This document shows positions 1 through 8,788 of a DNA stretch of 64,000 nucleotides, one piece after another. Source of the DNA: Thermoplasmata archaeon (lineage in GTDB: Archaea > Thermoplasmatota > Thermoplasmata > RBG-16-68-12 > JAFNFQ01). Where the stretch lies: NCBI GenBank assembly GCA_041489255.1, contig JBGPQV010000001.1:1-64000 (forward strand), written 5' to 3'. Position 1 is the first letter of the stretch. The number at the start of each line of letters is the position of its first letter. A program made the translations under genes and the position numbers. The notes under the pieces are model-generated. The model made no database searches and was not told the DNA's origin. It saw only the letters and a list, made by a program, of their open reading frames with translations.

Positions 1-291
1 CGACATCGTCCCGGTTGTCCCGCGCCCTGCCGTGCTGTCGCGGCATCCCCGATTCCTGTCCCTCGTTCGATTCCGGTTGTCCGAGAGCCGGTCCCAATTG
101 TCCCGGGCGGCGGGACAATGCGCCGCTTATCCGTCCCAATGCCTCAGAACCTGCCGCCGACAGGTTTTCAGCCCCAAACATGGTCTCGGATCTGATGCTT
201 GCCATTCCTTGTTCGGAGCGCAACCGTTCGCCTCGATGCTGACTCTTGCGAGGCAACCGATTCATGAAACCGGCAAGTTCCCCCTTCGTCC

Positions 292-3200
292 TTAGACGAG
301 CGTCATGACGAGCGTTATTTCCTTGATACCGCCATCATCGTCGGTCACCTTCAGCATGATTGAATACATCCCTGCCATAGTGTAGACGTGAGTCTGCACG
401 TCCATGGCGGTGAATGGGAAAGTGCCGCCGGGACTGGGATACGGATCGGGTCCGATCCCGTCATTGAAGTGCATCGTGGTGGTGGCGGGAGTGCCGTCCC
501 CCCAGTCCCAGGTGAAAGTGAGGTCGTCGCTGCCGGGGTCCGTGGCGGTGGCGGTGAATGTGAGATTCATTCCCGCCAAGAGAGCCCTGAGGTCGTCCAC
601 CCGCCAAGTCCAAGTGTCGTTGTGTCGGACGTTGAATGTGTGATGCAATCTTGACTCCGAGCCGTCCCTGGCGGTGAAGATGAGCCATGCGGGATTCGCC
701 CCGTTCGGCTGGCCGTTGACAGGATCATCGTCCGGAGTGTACCTCACCACCGCAGAGAGGTTGCCACCGAGCATATCGATCGTGACATTCTCGATCGTCG
801 CGGCTTGATCATCAGGACTTCCGGGGAATCGAGTCACGGAGGCGTCTGCAACCGCCACTCCAGCCCGGTAGATCGTGAGGTTGACATCGTGCCACTTCTC
901 CCCCGCCACGCGGAGGGTGAGGTTTCCAGTCACCTCGGCGGTAATGGCGGTGTCTATCGATGGCGGGAGATTGTAGACGATGACTGTTGTGTTCGCCCAG
1001 GCACTCAGATTCCCGTCGCTCACTCTTACCGTAGCCGTGCCGTTGAAGTCGTCGCCGTAGGCGTGCGTGGCGGTGCTGTTCGGCCCGGAGACATCGAACA
1101 TGCCATCCGATTCGAAATCGAAGTAGTAGGTCAGGGCGTCTCCGTCCACGTCCGTGGCGCTGACCTCGAAGAAGACCGCACTCCCTTCGAATGACGGCGA
1201 GGGGCTGGCAGTAAAGGACGCTATCTCCGGCGGCGTATTCGCGCTACTTCCAATATCCAACTTCGTCACAAATGCGTCCCAGCCAGCATCATAAGTCGTG
1301 TCGAACGCACCAAGCGTGACGGGGAAATCCGTGGAGCCGGTGTAGCCGGCAAAGTAGGCGCTGCCGGAGAAATCGACGGTGATGCAATAGCCGTAATCGT
1401 GACCACCACCGCCCAGGAAGGTCGCGTAGACGAGGACAATGCCCGCTGAGTCCAGCTTGGCCACGAATGGATCGAAGCCGCCATTGTAGGTCGTGTCGAA
1501 CGAGCCGGGCGTGGTGGGGAAGTCTGCGGACTCTGTAGATCCGGTCACGTAGATGCTTCCGGAGGAATCGACGGATATGTCCTCGCCCCGGTCGGTTCTG
1601 CCGCCGCCCATGAACGAGGAGTAGACGAGAGCACTGCCTGTAGCGTCAAGCTTGGCCACGAAAGCGTCGAGCCAGCCGTTATGGATCGCGTCGAACGAGC
1701 CGGGTGTGACAGGGAAGTCCGCAGAGGTGGTCTCACCGGTTACGTAGGCCCTGCCGGAGGAATCGATGGCGATGTCGCGGCCATAATCGTTGCCGCTGCC
1801 GCCCAGGAACGTGGCGTAGACGAGGGCGGTACCCGCCGCGTTCAACCTGGCCACGAAGGCGTCTACATAGCCGCCGCTGAACGTCGTGTCGAACGAGCCG
1901 GGCATGACGGGGAAGTCCGCTGAGACGGTTTCACCGGTCACATAGGTGTTGCCTGCGGAGTCGACGGCGATGCCGCGGCCATAATCATCGCCTCCGCCGC
2001 CTAGGAACGTGGCGTACACGAGGGCGCTGCCGGGCGGGCTCAGCCTAGCCACGAATACGTCACCGCCGACATTGTAGGTCGTGTCGAACGAGCCGGGCGT
2101 GGCCGGGAAGTCCGCTGACCAGGTCATACCGGTCACATAGGCGCTGCCAGAGGAGTCGATGGCGATGTCCCAGCCTACATCGTCAGCGGCACCGCCCAGG
2201 AAGGTCGCGTAGACGAGGGCACTGCCTGTAGCGTCCAGCTTGGCCACGAATGAATCGAAGCCGCCATTGTAGGTCGTGTCGAACGAGCCGAGCGTGGCCG
2301 GGAAGTCTAGGGAGGCGGTGTCGCCGGTTACGTAGGCGCTGCCAGAGGAGTCGATGGCGATATCTCTACCCCCGTCGGAACCGCCGCCGCCAAGGAATGT
2401 AGCGTAGACAAGGGCGCTGCCCGTTGCATCCAGTTTGGTCACGAATGCGTCGCCAACGCCTCTGAGTGTCGTGTTGAACGAGCCGGGCGTGGCTGGGAAG
2501 TCCGTTGACCAGGTCGCACCGGTCACATAGGCGCTGCCGGAGGAGTCGATGGCGATACCGAAGCCGTAATCGTTATCGCTGCCGCCAAGGAATGTGGAGT
2601 AGACGAGCGGGTCTATCACCAGTGGACGGGAGGAATCACGACCCTCACATCCGAAGGCGAACGATAGCGGGCTTCGCTGGACGAAGGCACACTCCACTTG
2701 CCTCCCGTCCTGGTACGCAATCGGGTTTGAGTCCCTAAGCTCTCCTAGGGTGGTACTGACGACGAGCACTCCCGCCGGGTCGATGTGAAGGTCCTCGACT
2801 CCCTCGTATGATACTGCAATCAGAGCGGGGTCTGCGCCGGGGCCGATGATGAAATCGTACTTGAGCTGCCCGTCCTGCATCCTGTAGGAGAGGTCTATCC
2901 CGTCGTACAGGTCGCTGTATACTATCTCGCGGTAGCTGCGCACGCCTGTCCTCCACTTGGAGGGGTCGTTTCCGATGAAGTAGTTGCTGCGGTGGGGCAT
3001 CTCCTGCACGCCCTGAGGCGTGACCCCGTTAGACCCGGGGAAGGTGATGCGCGCCATGACGCCTCGGCTGGAGGGAAGGTCGTCACGTTGGACTTGCGGT
3101 CCTCTCATTCTTTCTTCGAAGTCGTGAGGAGGACTGGAGTGACCTCGCTCGACCAGCTTGAGGAGCACCGCGCTCTCGGCGAAGCCCGCCTGCATGTCGC

Positions 3201-3378
3201 CTGAGGAATAGAATCTGACCTGCTCATTGGCCACCTGTCCTGCATTCTCGGTGATGTAACCGCCAATCGAGTGCAACTTGTCGGTGATGGTCTGATCGAT
3301 CCCGTTTGTGGCGGGACTCGAATCTCCACCCTTCGGATAAGAGAACGTGACGAGGCTCAGCAGGAGCAATGCGGCCAC
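292..3378 (-). CDS. Secreted/surface protein: N-terminal domain, 7 SBBP beta-propeller repeats and PKD/Ig-like C-terminal domains; true start may be non-canonical near 3447
   Basis: 1028-aa ORF with repeated LVYATFLGG..D.G..IA.DSSG.AYVTG.T.S.DFP.TPGSFDTT units; PKD motifs TFTWDWGDG and YTMAGMYSIMLKVTDDDGG; hydrophobic N-terminus. Confidence 0.9.
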   Translation of the reverse strand: MAALLLLSLVTFSYPKGGDSSPATNGIDQTITDKLHSIGGYITENAGQVANEQVRFYSSGDMQAGFAESAVLLKLVERGHSSPPHDFEERMRGPQVQRDDLPSSRGVMARITFPGSNGVTPQGVQEMPHRSNYFIGNDPSKWRTGVRSYREIVYSDLYDGIDLSYRMQDGQLKYDFIIGPGADPALIAVSYEGVEDLHIDPAGVLVVSTTLGELRDSNPIAYQDGRQVECAFVQRSPLSFAFGCEGRDSSRPLVIDPLVYSTFLGGSDNDYGFGIAIDSSGSAYVTGATWSTDFPATPGSFNTTLRGVGDAFVTKLDATGSALVYATFLGGGGSDGGRDIAIDSSGSAYVTGDTASLDFPATLGSFDTTYNGGFDSFVAKLDATGSALVYATFLGGAADDVGWDIAIDSSGSAYVTGMTWSADFPATPGSFDTTYNVGGDVFVARLSPPGSALVYATFLGGGGDDYGRGIAVDSAGNTYVTGETVSADFPVMPGSFDTTFSGGYVDAFVARLNAAGTALVYATFLGGSGNDYGRDIAIDSSGRAYVTGETTSADFPVTPGSFDAIHNGWLDAFVAKLDATGSALVYSSFMGGGRTDRGEDISVDSSGSIYVTGSTESADFPTTPGSFDTTYNGGFDPFVAKLDSAGIVLVYATFLGGGGHDYGYCITVDFSGSAYFAGYTGSTDFPVTLGAFDTTYDAGWDAFVTKLDIGSSANTPPEIASFTASPSPSFEGSAVFFEVSATDVDGDALTYYFDFESDGMFDVSGPNSTATHAYGDDFNGTATVRVSDGNLSAWANTTVIVYNLPPSIDTAITAEVTGNLTLRVAGEKWHDVNLTIYRAGVAVADASVTRFPGSPDDQAATIENVTIDMLGGNLSAVVRYTPDDDPVNGQPNGANPAWLIFTARDGSESRLHHTFNVRHNDTWTWRVDDLRALLAGMNLTFTATATDPGSDDLTFTWDWGDGTPATTTMHFNDGIGPDPYPSPGGTFPFTAMDVQTHVYTMAGMYSIMLKVTDDDGGIKEITLVMTLV
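1260..2610 (-). repeat. Seven ~195-bp (65-aa) intragenic SBBP repeats
   Basis: TGTCGAACGAGCCGGGC-like motif recurs near 1300, 1495, 1690, 1888, 2083, 2278, 2473. Confidence 0.85.
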
Positions 3379-3554
3379 GGTTGCTGCGACTATGCGAACC
3401 GGTCTGAATACCGCTCCCTCGCGTGAAGCACCTTTCGCGACGATAATCCCTTACCCCCTCTTCATAGAATCATCGCCTTCCAGATATATCATGGTTTGCT
3501 GGGATGCGAGGACTATTGTAAGCGTCGCAACCGAGGACAAGGCTTCAACGATCA

Positions 3555-6500
3555 TCATCGGTTCTCGGGCTCGTTCGCCGCTTCAGCGTCCATTTCTTCC
3601 CTCTTCAATACTCTCGCGAGCACGACGACCAGCCCCGCCACAAGTATCCCCAGATCAACGGCGGTACCGAGTCCCAGCGCTGGCGGTATGGAGAGCTGGC
3701 CCGTGATGTAGGATGCTATCCCCGTCCCCACCTCCGCCAAGACGAAAGGCATCGACGTGAAGGCGAAAGCTTTCATGACCGCTTTCCCGTGCTCTCCGCC
3801 CTTCCACGGCCTCTTCTTCGAAGACCAAGCCCCGACAACCGCCAGCAGAGCTGCGAATATCCCCGCCACGATCGGCTTGTAGTTCACCTCGACATCTGTC
3901 GGCGGCTGATCCGGTGCCTTGATGGTGAACGGAGCGGCCTCATCGTGGCCTTTCAACCCGCCTGTGTCTACCACGGTGCCATCGACGACGACATCCGCGG
4001 CGGTGATTGCCGGCATGGCCCATTCACAGGAAACGATGTTTCCTGCGACAGGCCCGCAGATGTTTCCGCTTCCTGCACCCGATGTGTAGTTGATCCAGAC
4101 AAGGAGGGCCGAAGGTGCATCCTCTCGGTCGTAGACAGTCCAAGTGACTGCATGCGGTTCACCCTGTGTCCACTCCTCTCCGCCCGAGGGGGATAGGATG
4201 ATGATCGTCGGAGGAGTGTTCGGCGGTGGCCTGATCGTGAAGGGGCCGCTCTCGTCGAATCCCCTCAGACCGCCGGAATCGATGACCGTCCCGTCGATGA
4301 CGATGTCGGTGGCGGTGATGTGCGGCAAGGGCCAGTTGCAGGACTGGACGCCTAGCCTGGGCCCGCAGATGACTCCGTTCCCCGCACTGGACGTGTAGTT
4401 GATCCAGAAGGTCAGGGCAGCCAATGGGTCTTCAGCGTCCGAAGATGTCCATGTGACAGTCGGAGAGCCGCCCCAGAAGAACACCTCGCCGCCAGCAGGG
4501 AAGGTGATCGTGATCGTCGGAGGAGTGTTCGACAGACTGGACGTGCTGAAAGTCCAGTGACCTGGAGGCGCGTTGCCATATGCCGACCAGGTCGATGTCT
4601 CCCAATTATCATGCGCTCGGACCCGCCAGTAATACGTCATCGAGGGGCTCGTGGCGAACGTGGACGAGGTTGTCGATGTGGAGGTTCCCGATGCGATAAT
4701 CGTCGCAAAGGCGCTGTCCGTCGACACCTGCCATGCGAAGGTGATCACGTCTCCGGCATCCGGGTCGCCCCCTGAAGTCCAGGAGACTGTCTGAGCCGCC
4801 ATCGCGCTTATCACGGCGGCATCGCCGGGGTCGATCGGTGTCACGGGCGGGTTGGGTATGCTATTCAGCCTGAACAACACCTCGGAGAAGGGACTCCAGA
4901 CGAAACCGTCAAAGGCCGCCACGCTGAAGAAGTAGTCTACCCCCCTCTGCAGGGCCGCCCCCGCGTACGTCACCGATGTGCTCGCGCCCATCATTTGCCG
5001 GGGGTCCCACATGTCGGCCCCGCCTGACGATGTCCCCACCATTATCCAGTACTGCACCTGCGGATCGCCATTGGGATCGCTGTAGGTCCAGCTGAGGTCG
5101 GGGGTGAAGTCAGTGATGTGGACGATGCCGGGGGCAGAAGTGTACCCCTGGACTCCAAGATTGCTGACAGTCGGAGGGGAGTTGACGCTGAAAGTCCAGT
5201 AGCCTGGCGGGGTATTGCCGTAAGCAGACCAGGTCGCCGGTTCGTAATCGTCCCTCGCCCTCACCCGCCAGAAGTATGTCGTGGACATGCTTGTCGCGAA
5301 CGGCGTGGATGCGGTGGCAGTCGTCGTCCCCTGGGCGATGACGGTCGAGAACGACGCATCTCCAGCGACCTGCCAATCATATGTGATCGTGTCTCCTTCA
5401 GCGTCCCCTCCGGAAGTCCACGAGAGGATCTGAGAGGGGTTCGAGAAGATGTTCGAAGATTGGGCGGGCACGATCGGGGCCTTCGGCGGATTGGGTATGC
5501 TGTTCATGTGGAATTTCACCTCCACCTCCGCGCCCCACTGTTGGACATCGTTCGCCCTGACCGCGAAATAGTAGTCAGTCCCCCGCATCAGCGCGGCGCC
5601 ACCGTACATGACGATTGTGGTGCTGCCCGGCGTGGCCGGCGGGTCCCACATGTCCGAGAAGCCAGGGGCCGATCCGACTCTCAGGTCATAGCGCGCCTGG
5701 GGAGTCTGTTCGTAGTCTCTGTAGGTCCAGTTCAGGTCGGGGGTCGCGTCCGTGATGTGAAGTATGGATGGCGGCGTGGTGAAACCCTGCACCCCGAGGT
5801 TGGATACGCGCGGGGCGATGTTCAGCCATTCCGGACTGAACTTAACCGCGTACGAATCGTAAGCGTCGACAGTCGTGTCGAAAGCCCCGGGGGTGACGGG
5901 GAAGTTCGCCGATTGCGTGTATCCGGTCGCATAGATATTGCCGTCGGGGTCCAGCGCGATCGCATACCCGCCATCGACGCCACTCCCTCCGAGAAAAGTC
6001 GAGTAGAGCAGGAAGCTGCCGGTGATGTCCAGCTTCGCCATGAATCCATCCTTCACCCCGCCATGACTCGTGTCGAAGGCCCCAGGGGTGACGGGGAAGT
6101 CGCCCGACTGGGCGTATCCAGTCAGGTAAGCGATGCCCGATGGCTCCAGCGCGATCGAATACACATCGTCATAATCGACACCACCGAGGTACGTGGAGTA
6201 GAGGAGGGAACTTCCGGTGAAATCCAGTTTCACCACGAACCCATCCTCAAGCCCGCCGAAGCTGGTGTCGAACGCGCCGGGGGTGGTGGGGAAGTCCCGC
6301 GACCGGGTCCAACCAGCCGCGCATGCATTTCCAAATGCGTCGACCGCGATGGAGTATCCGTCATCGGCCTCACTGCCGCCGAGAAAGGTCGAATAGAGGA
6401 GAGAACCACCGCCTGAGTCCAGCTTCGTCACGAAGGCGTCCTGCGGCTCACTGTAGGTTGTGTCGAATGCCCCGAGGGTGGAGGGAAAACCCGCCGATTG

Positions 6501-8000
6501 CGTCTGCCCGGTGACGTAGGAGTTGCCGGCTGAATCTGTCGCTATCGCGTATCCCGCATCGTCGTCCCCACCGCCGAGATACGTCGAAAATAGGACGGAG
6601 CTCCCGGTTGAATCCAGTTTCGTCACAAACGAGTCTTGAAACCCATTCATTATCGTGTCGAATGCCCCGGGGGTGGAAGGGAAGTTCGCAGATTTCATGT
6701 ATCCGGTCACGTAGGCGTTGCCGGCCGGGTCGATCGCCATCGAGTAACCCCCGTCTTCGCCGGCACCGCCAAGGTATGTCGAGTAGAGGAGGGAACCGCC
6801 GGTGGGGTCCAGCTTGGCCACGAACGCGTCACGCGCCCCGTTCCACGTCGTGTCGAAAGCGCCGGGGGTGGCGGGGAAATCTTCCGAGACCGTGCTTCCG
6901 GCAACGTACGCGCTGCCTGAGGAGTCCACTACAATCGAATTCCCCACATCCTCGCCGCCACCGCCAAGATAAGTCGAGTAAACGAGGGAACTGCCGGTCG
7001 GGTTCAGCTTCGTGACGAATGCGTCGCACCCGAAGCCGTCGCACCCGTTCATGGTCGGCCCGAAGACGCCCGGGGTGACGGGGAAATCCGTCGAACGCGT
7101 CCATCCGGTCACGTAGGCGTTGCCGGCGGGGTCCGCAGCGATCGAGAGCGCCACGTCGTCTTCTCCGCCTCCGAGAAAGGTTGCGTAGACCAGCGGGTCG
7201 ATCACGACCTCGCGAGAGCCGTCGATGCCCTGACAGGCGAAGCCGTGGGAGAGAGGTGCGGGCAAGGTGAAAGAGCACATCACACGGTCATCTCCCTGAA
7301 ATGCGATCGGGGAGGAATCCGCGACGTCTCCAATGGCGGTGTGCACCAGCAGGTTGCCCGCTTCTTCCAGCTCGACGCTGTCCGCTCCCTCGTAAGACAT
7401 CCTGATGACGCCTGGGTCAACTCCGGGAGCGAGGATCAGGTCGTACTTCACACCCTCGTCTGACCCGCGGTAGACCATGTCGACTCCGTCATACAGTTCC
7501 TCGTACACGACCTCGCGGTAGCTCTTCACCCCCGTCCTCCAGCGGGCGGGGTCGTTGCCGATGAAGAAGTTCGTCGGATGGGGCAGCAAGTCTCTGCCCT
7601 GCGGGGTCACCTTGTTCGCTCCCTCGAAGTCGAGACGCAGCAACACTCCTCGGGATGTTTTCGTTTCTTGCGGGGGTGAGCGCATCCGTTCCTGGCCTGG
7701 CGGCAGGTTGCCCACAGGCGCATGCTCGACCATTTTGACAATCACGGCGCTCTCGGCAAACCCCATCTGTAGATTTCCGGACGCGGTGTAGAAGAGGACA
7801 TCAGGGTTGTTCAGATGGCCTGCGTTCTCGACGAAATAGCTGCCGTACGAGTGAAGCGTCTGCGCGACATCTTGTGATGGAACAGCAACCGCCGGTGAAT
7901 CCCCGCCACGATTCTGTGTTTGCATAGCAGACAAGATGTCGAATGACAGGAGGAGGGCTACGAATAACGACACGGCCCGCAACAAGGCTCTTTCCCTCAT
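3555..8000 (-). CDS. Surface protein paralog: 7 SBBP repeats, duplicated FN3/Ig-like domain pairs and a C-terminal 3-TM anchor
   Basis: ORF 3555..8147, likely start ATG 8000 (MRERALLRAVSLFVALLL signal peptide); same N-domain and repeats as neighbour; two copies of SNLGVQG..HITD.TPDL.WTY and two of NTPPTI.I..P.GGE. Confidence 0.9.
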   Translation of the reverse strand: MRERALLRAVSLFVALLLSFDILSAMQTQNRGGDSPAVAVPSQDVAQTLHSYGSYFVENAGHLNNPDVLFYTASGNLQMGFAESAVIVKMVEHAPVGNLPPGQERMRSPPQETKTSRGVLLRLDFEGANKVTPQGRDLLPHPTNFFIGNDPARWRTGVKSYREVVYEELYDGVDMVYRGSDEGVKYDLILAPGVDPGVIRMSYEGADSVELEEAGNLLVHTAIGDVADSSPIAFQGDDRVMCSFTLPAPLSHGFACQGIDGSREVVIDPLVYATFLGGGEDDVALSIAADPAGNAYVTGWTRSTDFPVTPGVFGPTMNGCDGFGCDAFVTKLNPTGSSLVYSTYLGGGGEDVGNSIVVDSSGSAYVAGSTVSEDFPATPGAFDTTWNGARDAFVAKLDPTGGSLLYSTYLGGAGEDGGYSMAIDPAGNAYVTGYMKSANFPSTPGAFDTIMNGFQDSFVTKLDSTGSSVLFSTYLGGGDDDAGYAIATDSAGNSYVTGQTQSAGFPSTLGAFDTTYSEPQDAFVTKLDSGGGSLLYSTFLGGSEADDGYSIAVDAFGNACAAGWTRSRDFPTTPGAFDTSFGGLEDGFVVKLDFTGSSLLYSTYLGGVDYDDVYSIALEPSGIAYLTGYAQSGDFPVTPGAFDTSHGGVKDGFMAKLDITGSFLLYSTFLGGSGVDGGYAIALDPDGNIYATGYTQSANFPVTPGAFDTTVDAYDSYAVKFSPEWLNIAPRVSNLGVQGFTTPPSILHITDATPDLNWTYRDYEQTPQARYDLRVGSAPGFSDMWDPPATPGSTTIVMYGGAALMRGTDYYFAVRANDVQQWGAEVEVKFHMNSIPNPPKAPIVPAQSSNIFSNPSQILSWTSGGDAEGDTITYDWQVAGDASFSTVIAQGTTTATASTPFATSMSTTYFWRVRARDDYEPATWSAYGNTPPGYWTFSVNSPPTVSNLGVQGYTSAPGIVHITDFTPDLSWTYSDPNGDPQVQYWIMVGTSSGGADMWDPRQMMGASTSVTYAGAALQRGVDYFFSVAAFDGFVWSPFSEVLFRLNSIPNPPVTPIDPGDAAVISAMAAQTVSWTSGGDPDAGDVITFAWQVSTDSAFATIIASGTSTSTTSSTFATSPSMTYYWRVRAHDNWETSTWSAYGNAPPGHWTFSTSSLSNTPPTITITFPAGGEVFFWGGSPTVTWTSSDAEDPLAALTFWINYTSSAGNGVICGPRLGVQSCNWPLPHITATDIVIDGTVIDSGGLRGFDESGPFTIRPPPNTPPTIIILSPSGGEEWTQGEPHAVTWTVYDREDAPSALLVWINYTSGAGSGNICGPVAGNIVSCEWAMPAITAADVVVDGTVVDTGGLKGHDEAAPFTIKAPDQPPTDVEVNYKPIVAGIFAALLAVVGAWSSKKRPWKGGEHGKAVMKAFAFTSMPFVLAEVGTGIASYITGQLSIPPALGLGTAVDLGILVAGLVVVLARVLKREEMDAEAANEPENR
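5850..7200 (-). repeat. Seven ~195-bp intragenic SBBP repeats
   Basis: TGTCGAA motif near 5876, 6071, 6266, 6461, 6656, 6851, plus a variant near 7060. Confidence 0.85.
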
Positions 8001-8255
8001 CCTGCGCTCAGCATGGGCTGCCCTCATCCAGGGAACCCCTCGACACTCAATCCCCCATTCCCCTATATGATGACTCGCCCGGCTCATGCGGCCTGTCACT
8101 CTTCCCGACATCGAACCGTTCTCTCCGCGGCCGAAATGAGCATGCAAACGACCATACTCAAGGTAGATTGTCGCCTCCCCGATTGCGATGACAGGAGATG
8201 CCTTCGTCGTCGCCCCGTCTCAACATTTATATCGACCCGCAACCCTCCGAGTCCT

Positions 8256-8498
8256 GTGTCAATCCCGGGCTCCACGATCAGGGACCTGAAGAAACAGGCC
8301 AAGGACGACGCGAAGGCCGCGTCGCTGAGGGAGAAGGCCGCCAAGTTGAGGCTGGACGCTACGAAGCTAGAAACCAAGGCAGCCAGGCACAAAGCCAAGG
8401 CTCAGGAACTTGAGGGGCAAGCGAACAGGCTGTCGAAGCGACCGATACAGGTACCGGCGGCCCAGCCTAGATTGGCTCCTTCGGAACCGGAACCCTAG
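8256..8498 (+). CDS. Small basic Lys/Ala-rich coiled-coil protein (80 aa)
   Basis: GTG at 8256, 24 nt after TATA-like TTTATAT (8226-8232); heptad pattern KAASLREKAAKLRLDATKLETKAARHKAKAQELEGQ; similar to 39084..39317. Confidence 0.6.
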   Translation: MSIPGSTIRDLKKQAKDDAKAASLREKAAKLRLDATKLETKAARHKAKAQELEGQANRLSKRPIQVPAAQPRLAPSEPEP

Positions 8499-8788
8499 CA
8501 TTCATGACCACCGGGGGCGGGGGCTGCCCTGTCTGCGCCTTCTTCCAGACCTCGTTCACATACTGCGCGCGGAGAATAAGGGCTAGGGTCTCACTCTTTG
8601 TCTTGATTATCCTGCACATGCTCCGGGCCTTCTCATTATATCTGTCCTTTCGTGCATAAATAGATTGCGACGGATTTCGGTCTCATGATACCCTTAGGAC
8701 TGCCAAAGAGGCGCTGGCACGTGCCTCGAACAAGTGCACTTGCTCATCGTTATATGCCTTGCCGCATTACGATTTGAAAAGGCCGGAA

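Noticed and set aside
5118-6416. 432-aa antisense ORF (also 55818..56936, 37854..39038, 20334..21452 and similar)
   Set aside because: Antisense shadows expected from high GC3 codon bias; no motifs.
1260-7200. Regularly spaced repeats as a possible CRISPR array
   Set aside because: 195-bp in-frame degenerate protein repeats; no unique spacers and no cas genes.
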